DNA of 32,000 bases from Candidatus Saccharimonadota bacterium. GTDB lineage: Bacteria > Pseudomonadota > Gammaproteobacteria > Johnevansiales > Johnevansiaceae. How positions within the stretch are numbered: position 1 is the stretch's first letter; each line of letters opens with the position of its first letter. Positions 9,733 to 20,268 of the stretch are shown here, one piece after another. The stretch lies in assembly GCF_902713755.1 (NCBI RefSeq), contig NZ_LR744089.1; one strand, 5' to 3'. The notes beneath the pieces were generated by a model. That model was given only the letters and a program-made list of their open reading frames with translations, searched no databases and was not told the DNA's origin. Position numbers and translations under genes: made by a program.

Positions 9733-11531
9733 TAGTTATTTGGAAATTTTCCATGCATTATTTTTTTTATTTGTTTAATATTTATTGTTTCATAATAAAA
9801 TAAAGCTTCTGCCATTAAATCAAGTTTATCAATATTTTTTTCAATTATTGAATAAGATTTTAAATAACAATCATCTAAAATTTTTATTATTTCTTTATCT
9901 AATTTCTCAAAAGTTTTTATAGAATTTAAAAATTTTTTATTATTATGATTTAATTTATATTCCTCATACATTATTGGTCCCATTTTTGAAGAAAAACCCC
10001 ATTTATATACCATATTATGAGCTATCTCTGTAGCACATTTTATATCATTTGATGCTCCTGTAGTAACTCCATTAAATCCTTGTGTAAGTTCTTCAGCAAT
10101 ACGACCACCAAATAACGAACAAATTTTACTAATTACTTGTTTACGAGTATAACAATATCGATCTATTTTGGGTAAAAACATTGTAACACCTAATGCTTGT
10201 CCTCTTGGGATAATAGTTACTTTATAGATAGGATCATGTTCTGGTATTAATAAACCTATTATAGCGTGTCCGGCCTCATGATATGCTGTATTACGTTTTT
10301 CTTTTTCTGACATAACCATAGAACGTCTTTCATTTCCCATAATAATTTTATCTTTTGCTTTTTCTAATTCATACATACTAACTAACTTTAATTTACGTTT
10401 GGCTGCTAAAATTGCAGCTTCATTAACTATATTAGCTAATTCAGCTCCAGAACAGCCTGGCGTTCCCATAGCAATTATTTTAGGTTCTACATCATCCGAT
10501 AAAGGAATTTTTCGTAAATGAATATTAAGTATATTTTCTCTACCTATAATATCTGGTAAATTTATATTAACTTTTCTATCAAACCTTCCAGGTCTTAATA
10601 ATGCTTTATCTAATACATCAGGACGATTAGTTGCTGCTATAACAATAGTACCATTATTTGATTCAAAACCATCCATTTCAACTAATAATTGATTTAATGT
10701 TTGTTCTCTTTCATCATGACCTCCTCCACCTATAAGTGACCCTCTTGTTCTTCCTACAGCATCTATCTCATCTATAAAAATAATACATGGTGATTTTTTT
10801 TTAGCTTGGCTAAACATATCTCTTACCCGCGAAGCACCTACACCTACAAACATTTCAACAAATTCAGAACCAGAAATAGTAAAAAACGGCACTTTTGCTT
10901 CACCCGCTATAGCTTTAGCAAGTAAAGTTTTACCTGTACCAGGTGGTCCTATCATTAAGACTCCTTTAGGAATTTTTCCTCCTAATTTTTTAAATTTTTT
11001 TATATCTTTTAAAAAATATACTAATTCTTCAACTTCCGATTTAACTTCATCACAACCTGCAACATCTCTAAAAGTAATTTTTATTTGATCCTTTGAAATT
11101 AATTTAGCTTTAGATTTACCAAAAATAATTGGTCCACCTTTTTTACCTCCAACATTAATTTGCATTTGTCGCATAAAAAATAATAAAACAGCTATTATAA
11201 TTAATATTGGAAAACTAGATATTAATAATCTTGACCATATACTTGTTTTATTTGGTTCTCTTCCTTCTATAGAAACATTATGATTCAATAAATCATCTAT
11301 TAAACTAGGATCTTCAATAGTTGGTCTAATTGTTTTAAACTTAGATCCATCTTTATGTTCCCCATTTATAAAATATCCATCAATAATAACATTTCGTATT
11401 TTATTTTTATGTATTTGTTGTACAAATTTAGAATAACTTAATATTTGAGTATTAGAATCAATACTAATATTATTAAATATTGTCAATAAAATTGCTATTA
11501 TAATTAACCAATTACTTAGGTTTTTAGCCAT
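9729..11531 (-). CDS. ftsH: ATP-dependent zinc metalloprotease FtsH
   Basis: 600 aa. The N-terminus [16 protein letters not shown] matches E. coli MAKNLILWLVIAVVLM. It carries the AAA+ Walker A GPPGTGKT and the zinc motif HEAGHA. TGA stop. Confidence 0.96.
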   Translation of the reverse strand: MAKNLSNWLIIIAILLTIFNNISIDSNTQILSYSKFVQQIHKNKIRNVIIDGYFINGEHKDGSKFKTIRPTIEDPSLIDDLLNHNVSIEGREPNKTSIWSRLLISSFPILIIIAVLLFFMRQMQINVGGKKGGPIIFGKSKAKLISKDQIKITFRDVAGCDEVKSEVEELVYFLKDIKKFKKLGGKIPKGVLMIGPPGTGKTLLAKAIAGEAKVPFFTISGSEFVEMFVGVGASRVRDMFSQAKKKSPCIIFIDEIDAVGRTRGSLIGGGGHDEREQTLNQLLVEMDGFESNNGTIVIAATNRPDVLDKALLRPGRFDRKVNINLPDIIGRENILNIHLRKIPLSDDVEPKIIAMGTPGCSGAELANIVNEAAILAAKRKLKLVSMYELEKAKDKIIMGNERRSMVMSEKEKRNTAYHEAGHAIIGLLIPEHDPIYKVTIIPRGQALGVTMFLPKIDRYCYTRKQVISKICSLFGGRIAEELTQGFNGVTTGASNDIKCATEIAHNMVYKWGFSSKMGPIMYEEYKLNHNNKKFLNSIKTFEKLDKEIIKILDDCYLKSYSIIEKNIDKLDLMAEALFYYETINIKQIKKIMHGKFPNNY

Positions 11532-11583
11532 ATCTTAAAATTAATACTTAATTTATTATTTACCTTATTATGTTTATTACATT

Positions 11584-12069
11584 TTATAAATGTTCAATTA
11601 AATTAATTTCATATTTTACATTACCGCCTGGTGTATTTACATTAACAATATCACCTTTTTTTTTCCCAATTAAAGCACGCGCTATTGGAGATGTAATAGA
11701 AATTTTCTTTTTTTTTATATTTGCTTCATCTTCTCCTACAATTTTATATTTTATTTTTTTATTATAAATTAAATTTATTAGAGTAACTGTTACTCCAAAT
11801 ATTATTTTACCATTTGGATATATTTTAGTTATGTCTATAACTTGAGAATTAGCAATTTTATTTTCAAGTTCTTTAATACGTCTTTCTAAAAAACCTTGTT
11901 GTTCAATAGCTGCATGATATTCAGCATTTTCTTTTAAATCACCATGTTTTCTTGCTTCAGCAATATCATTAATAATTTTATTTCTATTAACAGTTTTTAA
12001 TTTATTAAGTTCTTTTTTTAAAATTTTTTCACCTTCTTTAGTCATAGGTATTTTATTTGATGAGCCCAT
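11584..12069 (-). CDS. greA: Transcription elongation factor GreA
   Basis: 161 aa, colinear with E. coli GreA (158 aa). [12 protein letters not shown] is conserved and the C-terminus [15 protein letters not shown] matches PGGEVEFEVIKVEYL. Confidence 0.95.
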   Translation of the reverse strand: MGSSNKIPMTKEGEKILKKELNKLKTVNRNKIINDIAEARKHGDLKENAEYHAAIEQQGFLERRIKELENKIANSQVIDITKIYPNGKIIFGVTVTLINLIYNKKIKYKIVGEDEANIKKKKISITSPIARALIGKKKGDIVNVNTPGGNVKYEINLIEHL

Positions 12070-12071
12070 CG

Positions 12072-15000
12072 TTAAATATTTCCTATATGCATATCTTGAA
12101 TTTTTCTTACTTTATTTATTTTATTACAATATTTAAAAGCCATACATATGGCATATGCACCTGCAATAGTAGTAGTATATGGTACTTTGTTTATAATAGC
12201 GGTATTACGAATTATATAATTTTTATTTATTAAATTATTTTTTTTGTTTATTGTATTTATGAGATAATTTATTTTATATTTTTTAAAAATAAAAATAATA
12301 TTTTTTTTACTAATACTTTTAACTAAAATACCATTTTTTAATATAATGTTAGCAGTACCAATAGTAGCCATTAAATTAAAACCTAAATTTATTAAATTTT
12401 TTGCTATTTTGGAAATTTTATTTTTATCTTTGTTAGATACTGAAATGAAAGCAATAAGTTGTTTTTTTTCTTTTATTTTTATAATAGGCATTCCTATACT
12501 TACTTGTGATTTATAAAATGCTTCACTAAAATTACTACCTATACCCATTACTTCACCTGTAGATTTCATTTCAGGTGATAATACAGGATCTACACCTATA
12601 AATTTATTAAAAGGTAATACAGCTTCTTTTACACCATAAAATTTAGGTTTTATATTTTTATAAGTTAAAGATTTACCTATCATACAATTTGCAGCTATTT
12701 TAGCTAAAGAAAAACCTATACATTTTGAAACAAAAGGTATAGTACGTGAAGCTCTAGGATTTACTTCTAAAATATAAATTTTATTATTTTTACAAGCTAA
12801 TTGACAATTCATTAAGCCTATTATTTTTAATTCCATAGCTATTGCTTTTATTTGTTTTTTTATTTCATTTTGAATTTTTATATCTAAATAAAAAGGTGGT
12901 AATGAACAAGCCGAATCTCCGGAATGAATACCTGCTTGTTCTATATGTTGCATAATTCCACAAATTACAACTTCTTTACCATCTGATAAAGCATCAATAT
13001 CAATTTCTATTGCTTTATTTATATATTTATCTAATAAAATAGAATTGTTTTTTGATAAGTTCAAAGCTTTTTTAATATATTTTTCTAATTCTTTTACATT
13101 ATAAACTATTTCCATTGCTCTACCTCCTATAACATAAGAAGGACGAACAATTAAAGGATAGCCTATCTTTTTAGCTTTAATTAAAGCATCTTCTAAATTA
13201 AAAGCAATTTCATTTTCAGGTTGTAATAATTTAATTTTTTTAATTAATTTTTTAAATTTTTCTCTATCTTCAGCTATATCTATAGCTAATTTATTAGTTC
13301 CCATAATAGGTATTTCTTGATTCTTTATATTTTTTATTATTTTCAAAGGGGTTTGACCACCAAACTGAATAATAACTCCTTTCGGATTTTCTTTTCTTAT
13401 AATTTCTAATATATCTTCTAAAGTTATAGGTTCAAAATACAATCTATCACTAATATCATAATCAGTAGAAACTGTTTCAGGATTACAATTAATCATTATC
13501 GTTTCATAACCATTTTCACGCATAGCAATAGCTGCTTGTACACAACAATAATCAAATTCAATACCTTGTCCAATTTTATTAGGGCCACTACCTATTATAA
13601 TAATTTTATCAGAAGTATTTTTAATATTAGCTTCACATTCATTATCATAAGTAGAATACATATAATCAGTTGAAGTAGTAAATTCTGCTGAACAAGTATC
13701 AACTCTTTTATATACTGGATGTATCTTTAATTTTTTACGTAAATCTCTAATATTTTTTTCTTTAACATTTAATAATTTAGCAATTCTATTATCACTAAAA
13801 CCTTGTTTTTTTAATAAATATAAATTTTCATAATTAATATTATTTATATTTTTATTTAAAAAAATATTTTCTATATTTATTAATTCTTTTATTTGGGTTA
13901 AAAACCAAATATCTATTTTTGTATAATTTAAAATTTCTTTTATTGTTAATCCCGCTCTAAAAGCATCAGCAATATAAAAAATACGTTCATATCCTGGATT
14001 TATTAATTCTTTTTTTATTATATTTAAAGAATTTTTATTAAACTTTAATATTTTATTATCTAAACCATTAATACCATTTTCTAAACTGCGCAATGCTTTA
14101 TGTAATGATTCTTTAAAACTTCTTCCTATAGCCATTACTTCACCTACAGATTTCATTTCTGTTGTTAATCTATCATTAGCTTTAGGAAATTTTTCAAAAT
14201 TAAAAATAGGTATTTTAGTAACGACATAATCTATAGATGGTTCAAAAGAAGCCGGTATTTTACCTTTTGTTATATCATTTTTTAATTCATCTAAAGTATA
14301 ACCTATAGCTAATTTAGCAGCTATTTTAGCTATAGGAAAACCTGTAGCTTTAGATGCTAAAGCTGATGATCTAGAGACTCTAGGATTCATTTCAATTACT
14401 ACCATTTTTCCAGTTGTTGGATGAATACCAAATTGTACATTAGATCCTCCACTATCTATTCCAATTTCTTTTAATACAGTAATAGAAGCATTACGCATTA
14501 TTTGATATTCTTTATCCGTTAAAGTTTGTGCAGGTGCCACTGTAATTGAATCACCTGTATGAATTCCCAGTGTATCAAAATTTTCTATTGAACATATTAT
14601 AATACAATTACCTTTTTTATCACGTAATAACTCCATTTCATATTCTTTCCAACCAATTAAATATTCATCTATTAATAATTCTTTTGTAGGAGCTATATTT
14701 AAACCTCTAATACAAATTTGTTTTAATTCTTCAAAATTCTTTGCTATACCCCCCCCAAAACCTCCCATAGTATAAGAAGGACGTATAATGCAAGGAAAAC
14801 CTATTTTATTTTTTATTTCATATATATCTTTTATATATCTAATTATTACAGATTTAGGACTTTCAAGGCCAATCTTATTCATTAACTTAATAAATTTATT
14901 ACGATTTTCAGCTTTTTTTATAGTAGATATATTAACACCAATAATTTTTACATTAAAAATTTTTAATACACCATATTTATATAAATCTAATGCACAATTT

Positions 15001-15281
15001 AAAGCTGTTTGGCCGCCCATAGTTGGTAATAATGCATCTGGCCTTTCTTTTTCAATAATTTTAGATAAAATTTCCCACTTTATGGGCTCAATATATGTTG
15101 AATTAGCTATCTGTGGATCTGTCATAATTGTAGCTGGATTTGAATTAACTAATATAACATATATACCTTCTTCTCTTAAAGCTTTACATGCTTGTACACC
15201 TGAATAATCAAATTCACATGCTTGTCCAATAATAATAGGGCCTGAGCCAATAATTAATACTTTTTTTATATATTTTGGCAT
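12072..15281 (-). CDS. carB: Carbamoyl-phosphate synthase large subunit
   Basis: Colinear with E. coli CarB (1073 aa) from [28 protein letters not shown]. It has two ATP-grasp halves and a C-terminal MGS-like domain. The track ORF extends 37 codons further upstream (to 15392) into carA with no homology. The ATG at 15281 is preceded by GGAAG. Confidence 0.96.
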   Translation of the reverse strand: MPKYIKKVLIIGSGPIIIGQACEFDYSGVQACKALREEGIYVILVNSNPATIMTDPQIANSTYIEPIKWEILSKIIEKERPDALLPTMGGQTALNCALDLYKYGVLKIFNVKIIGVNISTIKKAENRNKFIKLMNKIGLESPKSVIIRYIKDIYEIKNKIGFPCIIRPSYTMGGFGGGIAKNFEELKQICIRGLNIAPTKELLIDEYLIGWKEYEMELLRDKKGNCIIICSIENFDTLGIHTGDSITVAPAQTLTDKEYQIMRNASITVLKEIGIDSGGSNVQFGIHPTTGKMVVIEMNPRVSRSSALASKATGFPIAKIAAKLAIGYTLDELKNDITKGKIPASFEPSIDYVVTKIPIFNFEKFPKANDRLTTEMKSVGEVMAIGRSFKESLHKALRSLENGINGLDNKILKFNKNSLNIIKKELINPGYERIFYIADAFRAGLTIKEILNYTKIDIWFLTQIKELINIENIFLNKNINNINYENLYLLKKQGFSDNRIAKLLNVKEKNIRDLRKKLKIHPVYKRVDTCSAEFTTSTDYMYSTYDNECEANIKNTSDKIIIIGSGPNKIGQGIEFDYCCVQAAIAMRENGYETIMINCNPETVSTDYDISDRLYFEPITLEDILEIIRKENPKGVIIQFGGQTPLKIIKNIKNQEIPIMGTNKLAIDIAEDREKFKKLIKKIKLLQPENEIAFNLEDALIKAKKIGYPLIVRPSYVIGGRAMEIVYNVKELEKYIKKALNLSKNNSILLDKYINKAIEIDIDALSDGKEVVICGIMQHIEQAGIHSGDSACSLPPFYLDIKIQNEIKKQIKAIAMELKIIGLMNCQLACKNNKIYILEVNPRASRTIPFVSKCIGFSLAKIAANCMIGKSLTYKNIKPKFYGVKEAVLPFNKFIGVDPVLSPEMKSTGEVMGIGSNFSEAFYKSQVSIGMPIIKIKEKKQLIAFISVSNKDKNKISKIAKNLINLGFNLMATIGTANIILKNGILVKSISKKNIIFIFKKYKINYLINTINKKNNLINKNYIIRNTAIINKVPYTTTIAGAYAICMAFKYCNKINKVRKIQDMHIGNI

Positions 15282-15295
15282 ATAACTTCCATTAA

Positions 15296-16381
15296 CTAAT
15301 TTAGTTTTTTTATAAACCGATAAAATAATAAATATGCATCTTGTGGTCCAGGACTTGATTCGGGATGTCCTTGAAAGCTTAAAGCAGGACAATCTATTCT
15401 TTCAAGTCCTTGTAAAGTGCCATCAAATAAAGATCTATGCGTAATTTTACTATTTTTTGGTAAAGTATTTTCATCAACAACAAAACAATGATTTTGACTA
15501 GTAATAAAAATTTTACCAGTTTTTATATCTAATATTGGATGATTTGAACCATGATGACCAAAATTCATTTTAATTGTTTTTGCCCCACTAGCTAAAGCTA
15601 ATAATTGATGTCCTAAACAAATACCAAATAAAGGAATTTTATTTTTACATAATTTTTTTATAGTATATATAGAACCTTTGAAATCTTCAGGATTACCTGG
15701 TCCATTAGATACTACAACTCCATCTGGGTTCATTGAACTAATTTCTTTAAATGAAGTTTTATATGAAACGATTGTAATACGACATCCTAATTTTTTTAAT
15801 ATTCTTATTATATTATATTTAGTACCAAAATCATAAACAATAATATGATATTTATATTTTTTATAATTATACTTTTTTTTATTATATAATTGTATTACGT
15901 TTATATTTTTTAACTTTATATTTTTACGTGCTAATTTTATCGCTAATTTAATATTATTATTATTTATATTATTAACAGTTATAATAGCACCATTTTTTAT
16001 ACCTTTATCTCTTAATTGTATCGTTAATTTGCGTGTATCAATATTTGCTATACAAACTCTATGTTGATTGTTTAAATATTCTATTAATGAACAATTACTA
16101 CGATAATTACTAATTAATACACTAGGTATACAATTTAATATTAAACCAGATACACAGATTTTTTTATATTCTATATCTTCGTTATTAATACCTGTATTTC
16201 CTATATGAGGATTAGTAAAAGTTACTATTTGTTTAATATAAGAAGGATCAGTTATAATTTCTTGATATCCTGTAATTGAAGTATTAAAAATTACTTCACC
16301 TGAAGTATTACCATAATATCCTATAGAAATACCTTTATAAATACTCCCATCTTCTAATGCTAATAAGGCTAATTTATACAA
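15296..16381 (-). CDS. carA: Carbamoyl-phosphate synthase small (glutaminase) subunit
   Basis: GATase motif [10 protein letters not shown] and N-terminal domain (LALEDGS...[21 protein letters not shown]). The preferred start is TTG at 16381, preceded by AAGAGGA, which gives (M)[11 protein letters not shown] and aligns with E. coli MIKSALLVLEDG. Alternative ATGs lie at 16405 and 16426 (the track start). Any of these starts overlaps the dapB 3' end. Confidence 0.9.
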   Translation of the reverse strand: MYKLALLALEDGSIYKGISIGYYGNTSGEVIFNTSITGYQEIITDPSYIKQIVTFTNPHIGNTGINNEDIEYKKICVSGLILNCIPSVLISNYRSNCSLIEYLNNQHRVCIANIDTRKLTIQLRDKGIKNGAIITVNNINNNNIKLAIKLARKNIKLKNINVIQLYNKKKYNYKKYKYHIIVYDFGTKYNIIRILKKLGCRITIVSYKTSFKEISSMNPDGVVVSNGPGNPEDFKGSIYTIKKLCKNKIPLFGICLGHQLLALASGAKTIKMNFGHHGSNHPILDIKTGKIFITSQNHCFVVDENTLPKNSKITHRSLFDGTLQGLERIDCPALSFQGHPESSPGPQDAYLLFYRFIKKLN

Positions 16382-17186
16382 AATTATTTTCCTCTTTAAG
16401 TACATCTTGCATATTATAAAAACCATTATTTTTATTTTTTATCCATTTTGCTGCAAGTATTGCTCCATAGGCAAATACTAATCTATTAGTTACTTTATGA
16501 TTAATTTCTATTATTTCCCCTGATTTGGAAGCAAAAATTATTTTATGTTCTCCTATTATATCTCCTGCTCTAATAATTGAATATCCTATTGTATTTTTAA
16601 TACGTGGACCTGTTTTATTTAAAACTTTAATAGTATTTAATTTATATCCTATAATCTTAGCTATTTTTTTTCCTATATTTAATGCTGTACCAGAAGGATA
16701 ATCAATTTTATTACTATGATGATATTCAATAATTTCTATATCAAAATCTTTTATTATTAATTTTTTTGTAATACTAATAATTATATCTAATATAACATTC
16801 GCACCTATGCTCATATTAGCAGACAATACAAATGGTACTTTATTTTTAAATAATTTTATTTTTTTTAATTGTTTTTTTTTAAATCCTGTTGTACCAATAA
16901 TTATTGATTTTTTATTTTTATAACAATATTCTAAATTTTTTAAACTTATTTTTGGATTAGTAAAATCTATTATGGTATCAAAATTATTTTTTATATCTTT
17001 TATATTTCCAACTGTTTTTATATTTAATTTACCTAACCCTATTATTTCTCCAATATCTTTTCCAATTAATTTATGATTTGGATTTATTACAGCACCTACT
17101 AATTTTAGGTTGTTATCTTTTTTTATCGTTTTAATTAATAATTTTCCAATACGACCAATAGACCCTAAAATAATTATTTTTATCAT
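16374..17186 (-). CDS. dapB: 4-hydroxy-tetrahydrodipicolinate reductase
   Basis: 270 aa with an N-terminal Rossmann GSIGRIG. EYHHSNKIDYPSGTA matches E. coli EAHHRHKVDAPSGTA. The dapB-carA-carB adjacency is as in E. coli and Pseudomonas. Confidence 0.92.
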   Translation of the reverse strand: MIKIIILGSIGRIGKLLIKTIKKDNNLKLVGAVINPNHKLIGKDIGEIIGLGKLNIKTVGNIKDIKNNFDTIIDFTNPKISLKNLEYCYKNKKSIIIGTTGFKKKQLKKIKLFKNKVPFVLSANMSIGANVILDIIISITKKLIIKDFDIEIIEYHHSNKIDYPSGTALNIGKKIAKIIGYKLNTIKVLNKTGPRIKNTIGYSIIRAGDIIGEHKIIFASKSGEIIEINHKVTNRLVFAYGAILAAKWIKNKNNGFYNMQDVLKEENNFV

Positions 17187-17224
17187 AAATTTTATTTTTG
17201 CCTTATTTTTTTTTAATTATATTA

Positions 17225-17246
17225 TATAATATAATATAATATAATA
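17225..17246. repeat. Pentanucleotide microsatellite (TATAA)x4 plus a partial copy
   Basis: Read directly in the dapB/yggT spacer as tataa tataa tataa tataa ta. Low-complexity AT repeat. Confidence 0.8.
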
Positions 17247-17250
17247 AAAT

Positions 17251-17832
17251 TTAATAACCTACTAAAATAGATGATGGTAATGTAGCAAAATTTATTAATG
17301 GACAAATAATTATATTATCTATTAAATTTATAATTATAAAAGCAGCTATAGGTGAAATATCTATTATTCCTATAGGAGGAATAATTTTTCTTAATAATAA
17401 CATTATAGGTTCTGTTATTTGTATTATTATTAATGATCCCGGATGATCTGAATGATTTAATATCCAACTAATAATAGTCATTATTATTAATGCAAAAAAA
17501 TATAATCTACTTAATATATTTAATACACTAGCTATAGAACCAATAAATAAATTTATTATTGGTGGGATATTGTTAATATATAATAAATATATTATCGATA
17601 TAGAAAATGTTTTAATAAATATTGCTGATATAAATGTTGCTAAATCAAAACCACCAATAGATTTAATAAATTTTTTTACTGGATTAACAATAACAGATGT
17701 AATTTTTATTATGTTTTGTGTAATAGGATTATTTTTATCTGCATAAGAAATATGTAAAGCAAAACGTAACATTAACATAAATGTATATAAATTAAATAAT
17801 GTATTAATTAAAGATAAACCAATATTTTCCAT
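17251..17832 (-). CDS. yggT: YggT-family integral membrane protein
   Basis: 193 aa with two YGGT repeats. LYTFMLMLRF...NPITQNIIKITSVIVNPVKKFI matches E. coli LYTMVLLLRI...NPFSQFVVKVTQPIIGPLRRVI. IISWILNHSDHPGSLIIIQITEPIMLLLRKIIPPIGIIDISP matches IMSWVSQGRSPIEYVLIQLADPLLRPIRRLLPAMGGIDFSP. Confidence 0.82.
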   Translation of the reverse strand: MENIGLSLINTLFNLYTFMLMLRFALHISYADKNNPITQNIIKITSVIVNPVKKFIKSIGGFDLATFISAIFIKTFSISIIYLLYINNIPPIINLFIGSIASVLNILSRLYFFALIIMTIISWILNHSDHPGSLIIIQITEPIMLLLRKIIPPIGIIDISPIAAFIIINLIDNIIICPLINFATLPSSILVGY

Positions 17833-17876
17833 ATATTTTATACTCCAATTTATATTATATAAAAAAAATAATTAAT

Positions 17877-19058
17877 ATGAATAATATAAAAAATATTTTT
17901 GAAAAAATAAAATTAAATACAAAAAAAATTTTAATTGAAAAACAATTTAAAAAAAAAATAAAATCTAAAAAAATATTAAATATAAAAATAGGTATAGATC
18001 CTACTACTCCTAATTTACATTTAGGTCATTTTGTTTTAATAAAAAAATTAAAACAATTACAAAAATTAGGTCATAATATATTATTTATTATAGGAGATTT
18101 TACTGGAATCATAGGTGATCCTACAGGAAAAAATATAACGAGAAAAATTTTAACAAAAGAACAAATAAAAATAAACGCTATAAAATGTAAACATCAAATA
18201 TTGAAATTATTAAATCCTAACAAAATAAAAATTTTATTTAATTCAGAATGGTTAAAAAAAATTTCTATATTTAAACTTATTAAGATTTTATCAAAATTTA
18301 CAATATCTAAAATGTTAGAAAGAAAAGATTTTAATAAAAGATATAAACATGGTTATAGTATTTCAATACATGAATTTATATATCCTTTAATACAAGCTTA
18401 TGATTCAGTAGTACTTAAAGCAGATATAGAATTAGGAGGTAATGATCAACTATTTAATCTTTTAATAGGAAGAGAATTACAAAAGATTTTTAATCAAGAA
18501 CCTCAAAATATAATTACTATGCCTATTCTTGAAGGATCTGATGGTAAAAAAAAAATGTCAAAATCTCTTAATAATTATATTAATATAAAAGATAAACCAG
18601 GAGATATGTATAGAAAGCTTATTTCTATTAATGATAATTTAATATATAAATATTTTAAATTATTATCAATAAAACCTATAAATAAATTTACAAAAATAAA
18701 TCCACGTGACCTTAAAATAAAATTAGCTACTGAATTAATAACATATTTTTATAATAAAAATATAGCAAAAAAAGCATCACTTTTAATAGGAAATAAAGTT
18801 AATAATAATTTCTTTCCTATCAATATTCCTAAAATTAAAATTATTATCAAACATTTTATAAAAGTTCCTATAATATATATATTAAATAAATCAGGCTTAG
18901 TAAAAAATAATTCACAAGCAAAAGACTTAGTAAAAAATAAAAAAATTAAAATTAATAATATAATTATTAATTATAATTATAAATTAATTTTTAATAAAAA
19001 TTATTTTATACAATCAGGAAATAAAAATTTTGCTATAATTCATTTATTGGGGCCATAG
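17877..19058 (+). CDS. tyrS: Tyrosine--tRNA ligase, TyrZ/Thermus-type (type 2)
   Basis: 393 aa with HIGH motif HLGH, IGDFTGIIGDPTGK, a true KMSKS motif and a C-terminal S4-like domain. It is colinear with Thermus-type TyrRS rather than E. coli TyrS (KFGKT). The last 10 nt, including the TAG stop, lie inside tRNA-Ala. Confidence 0.92.
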   Translation: MNNIKNIFEKIKLNTKKILIEKQFKKKIKSKKILNIKIGIDPTTPNLHLGHFVLIKKLKQLQKLGHNILFIIGDFTGIIGDPTGKNITRKILTKEQIKINAIKCKHQILKLLNPNKIKILFNSEWLKKISIFKLIKILSKFTISKMLERKDFNKRYKHGYSISIHEFIYPLIQAYDSVVLKADIELGGNDQLFNLLIGRELQKIFNQEPQNIITMPILEGSDGKKKMSKSLNNYINIKDKPGDMYRKLISINDNLIYKYFKLLSIKPINKFTKINPRDLKIKLATELITYFYNKNIAKKASLLIGNKVNNNFFPINIPKIKIIIKHFIKVPIIYILNKSGLVKNNSQAKDLVKNKKIKINNIIINYNYKLIFNKNYFIQSGNKNFAIIHLLGP

Positions 19059-19121
19059 TTCAATTGGTAGAACGCCTGCTTTGCATGTAGGAGACTAGGA
19101 GTTCAAATCTCCTTGGTTCCA
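19049..19121 (+). tRNA. tRNA-Ala (UGC)
   Basis: GGGGCCATAGTTCAATTGGTAGAACGCCTGCTTTGCATGTAGGAGACTAGGAGTTCAAATCTCCTTGGTTCCA folds into a full cloverleaf (7/4/5/5-bp stems). It has the G3:U70 identity pair and anticodon loop TTTGCAT. No CCA is encoded. Confidence 0.93.
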
Positions 19122-20266
19122 CTCCATATCAACAAATATTCAATAATTATTTGATAAACTTTTGTTAACAGTATTATATCTGAAAATAAAACACATTCAT
19201 TTATTTTATGTATAGTATCATTTTTTAAGCCTAACTCAATTAATTGATTACAAGTTTTATTTATAAATCTACCATCGGATATACCACCGTTTGTATTTAT
19301 TTGTGGTTGTAACTTACAAATATAATTTATTCCAAAATTCACAGCATTTAATAATGTGCCTTTTTTTGTTACATATGGTTCTCCTGAAATATACCATTCA
19401 ATTTTATAATCTTTATTGTTTTTTAAATTAAATAATAAAAAAATGTTAATTACTTTTTTTTTTATTTCATTAACTGTAATTTCATTTGAAAATCTAAAAT
19501 TACATATTAATTTTGCATATTTAGGTGAAATATTATTTACCCCTAACCCTGCATTGAAATTTGATATTTGAAAACTAGTTTTAGAAAAATATTTATTACC
19601 TTTATCCCATTGTATTTTTAATAAATAATGTGTTACATTTATTAATATATGTATTGGATTTAATAATGTTTTGGTATATGCTATATGTCCTTGTATACCA
19701 TATATTATTATCTTTGCATTTAATGAACCTCGTCTACCTATTTTTATGGTATCACATGTATATTTTTTACTAGTAGGCTCACCTATAATACAATATTTTA
19801 TTATTTCTTTTCTTTTAATTAATTTATTTATTACATATTTAGTACCATATTTACCATCACCTTCTTCATCACTTGTTATTAAAAAAGCTATTTTACCTTT
19901 ATATTTTGGATATAATTTTAAAAAATTACATGTTGCTTTTATCATTGCACACAAACTACCTTTCATATCAACTATACCACGTGATATAATATATCCTTTG
20001 TTATTTAAAGAAGGTATAAAAGGGTGATGTTTCCATTCATTTATTGGACCTGATGGCACCACATCTGTATGCCCAACAAATAATAATGTTGTTTTTCCAA
20101 GTCCTTTTGTAGCCCATAAATTTTCAACTCCTTTTTTATTAAAAAATTCTATATTAAAACAAAATTTTTTTAATATATTACTTATTAATAATTGACAACC
20201 TTTATCTTTAGGTGTTATTGATTTTTTTGAAAGTAAATTAAATACTAAATTTAAAAGATAATACAT
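19103..20266 (-). CDS. dapE: Succinyl-diaminopimelate desuccinylase
   Basis: 387 aa, M20 peptidase, colinear with E. coli DapE (375 aa): GHTDVVP, ITSDEEG, GEPT, RRGSL, IHKINECV. Homology ends near ...IIEYLL. The last 8 codons and the TGA run antisense into tRNA-Ala. Confidence 0.92.
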   Translation of the reverse strand: MYYLLNLVFNLLSKKSITPKDKGCQLLISNILKKFCFNIEFFNKKGVENLWATKGLGKTTLLFVGHTDVVPSGPINEWKHHPFIPSLNNKGYIISRGIVDMKGSLCAMIKATCNFLKLYPKYKGKIAFLITSDEEGDGKYGTKYVINKLIKRKEIIKYCIIGEPTSKKYTCDTIKIGRRGSLNAKIIIYGIQGHIAYTKTLLNPIHILINVTHYLLKIQWDKGNKYFSKTSFQISNFNAGLGVNNISPKYAKLICNFRFSNEITVNEIKKKVINIFLLFNLKNNKDYKIEWYISGEPYVTKKGTLLNAVNFGINYICKLQPQINTNGGISDGRFINKTCNQLIELGLKNDTIHKINECVLFSDIILLTKVYQIIIEYLLIWSGTKEI

Positions 20267-20268
20267 TG

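Noticed and set aside
15282-15392. A 37-codon N-terminal extension of the carB ORF overlapping carA.
   Set aside because: The extension has no homology. CarB aligns from MPKYIKK at the ATG at 15281, which has its own GGAAG. The extension is just an open frame across the carA 3' end.
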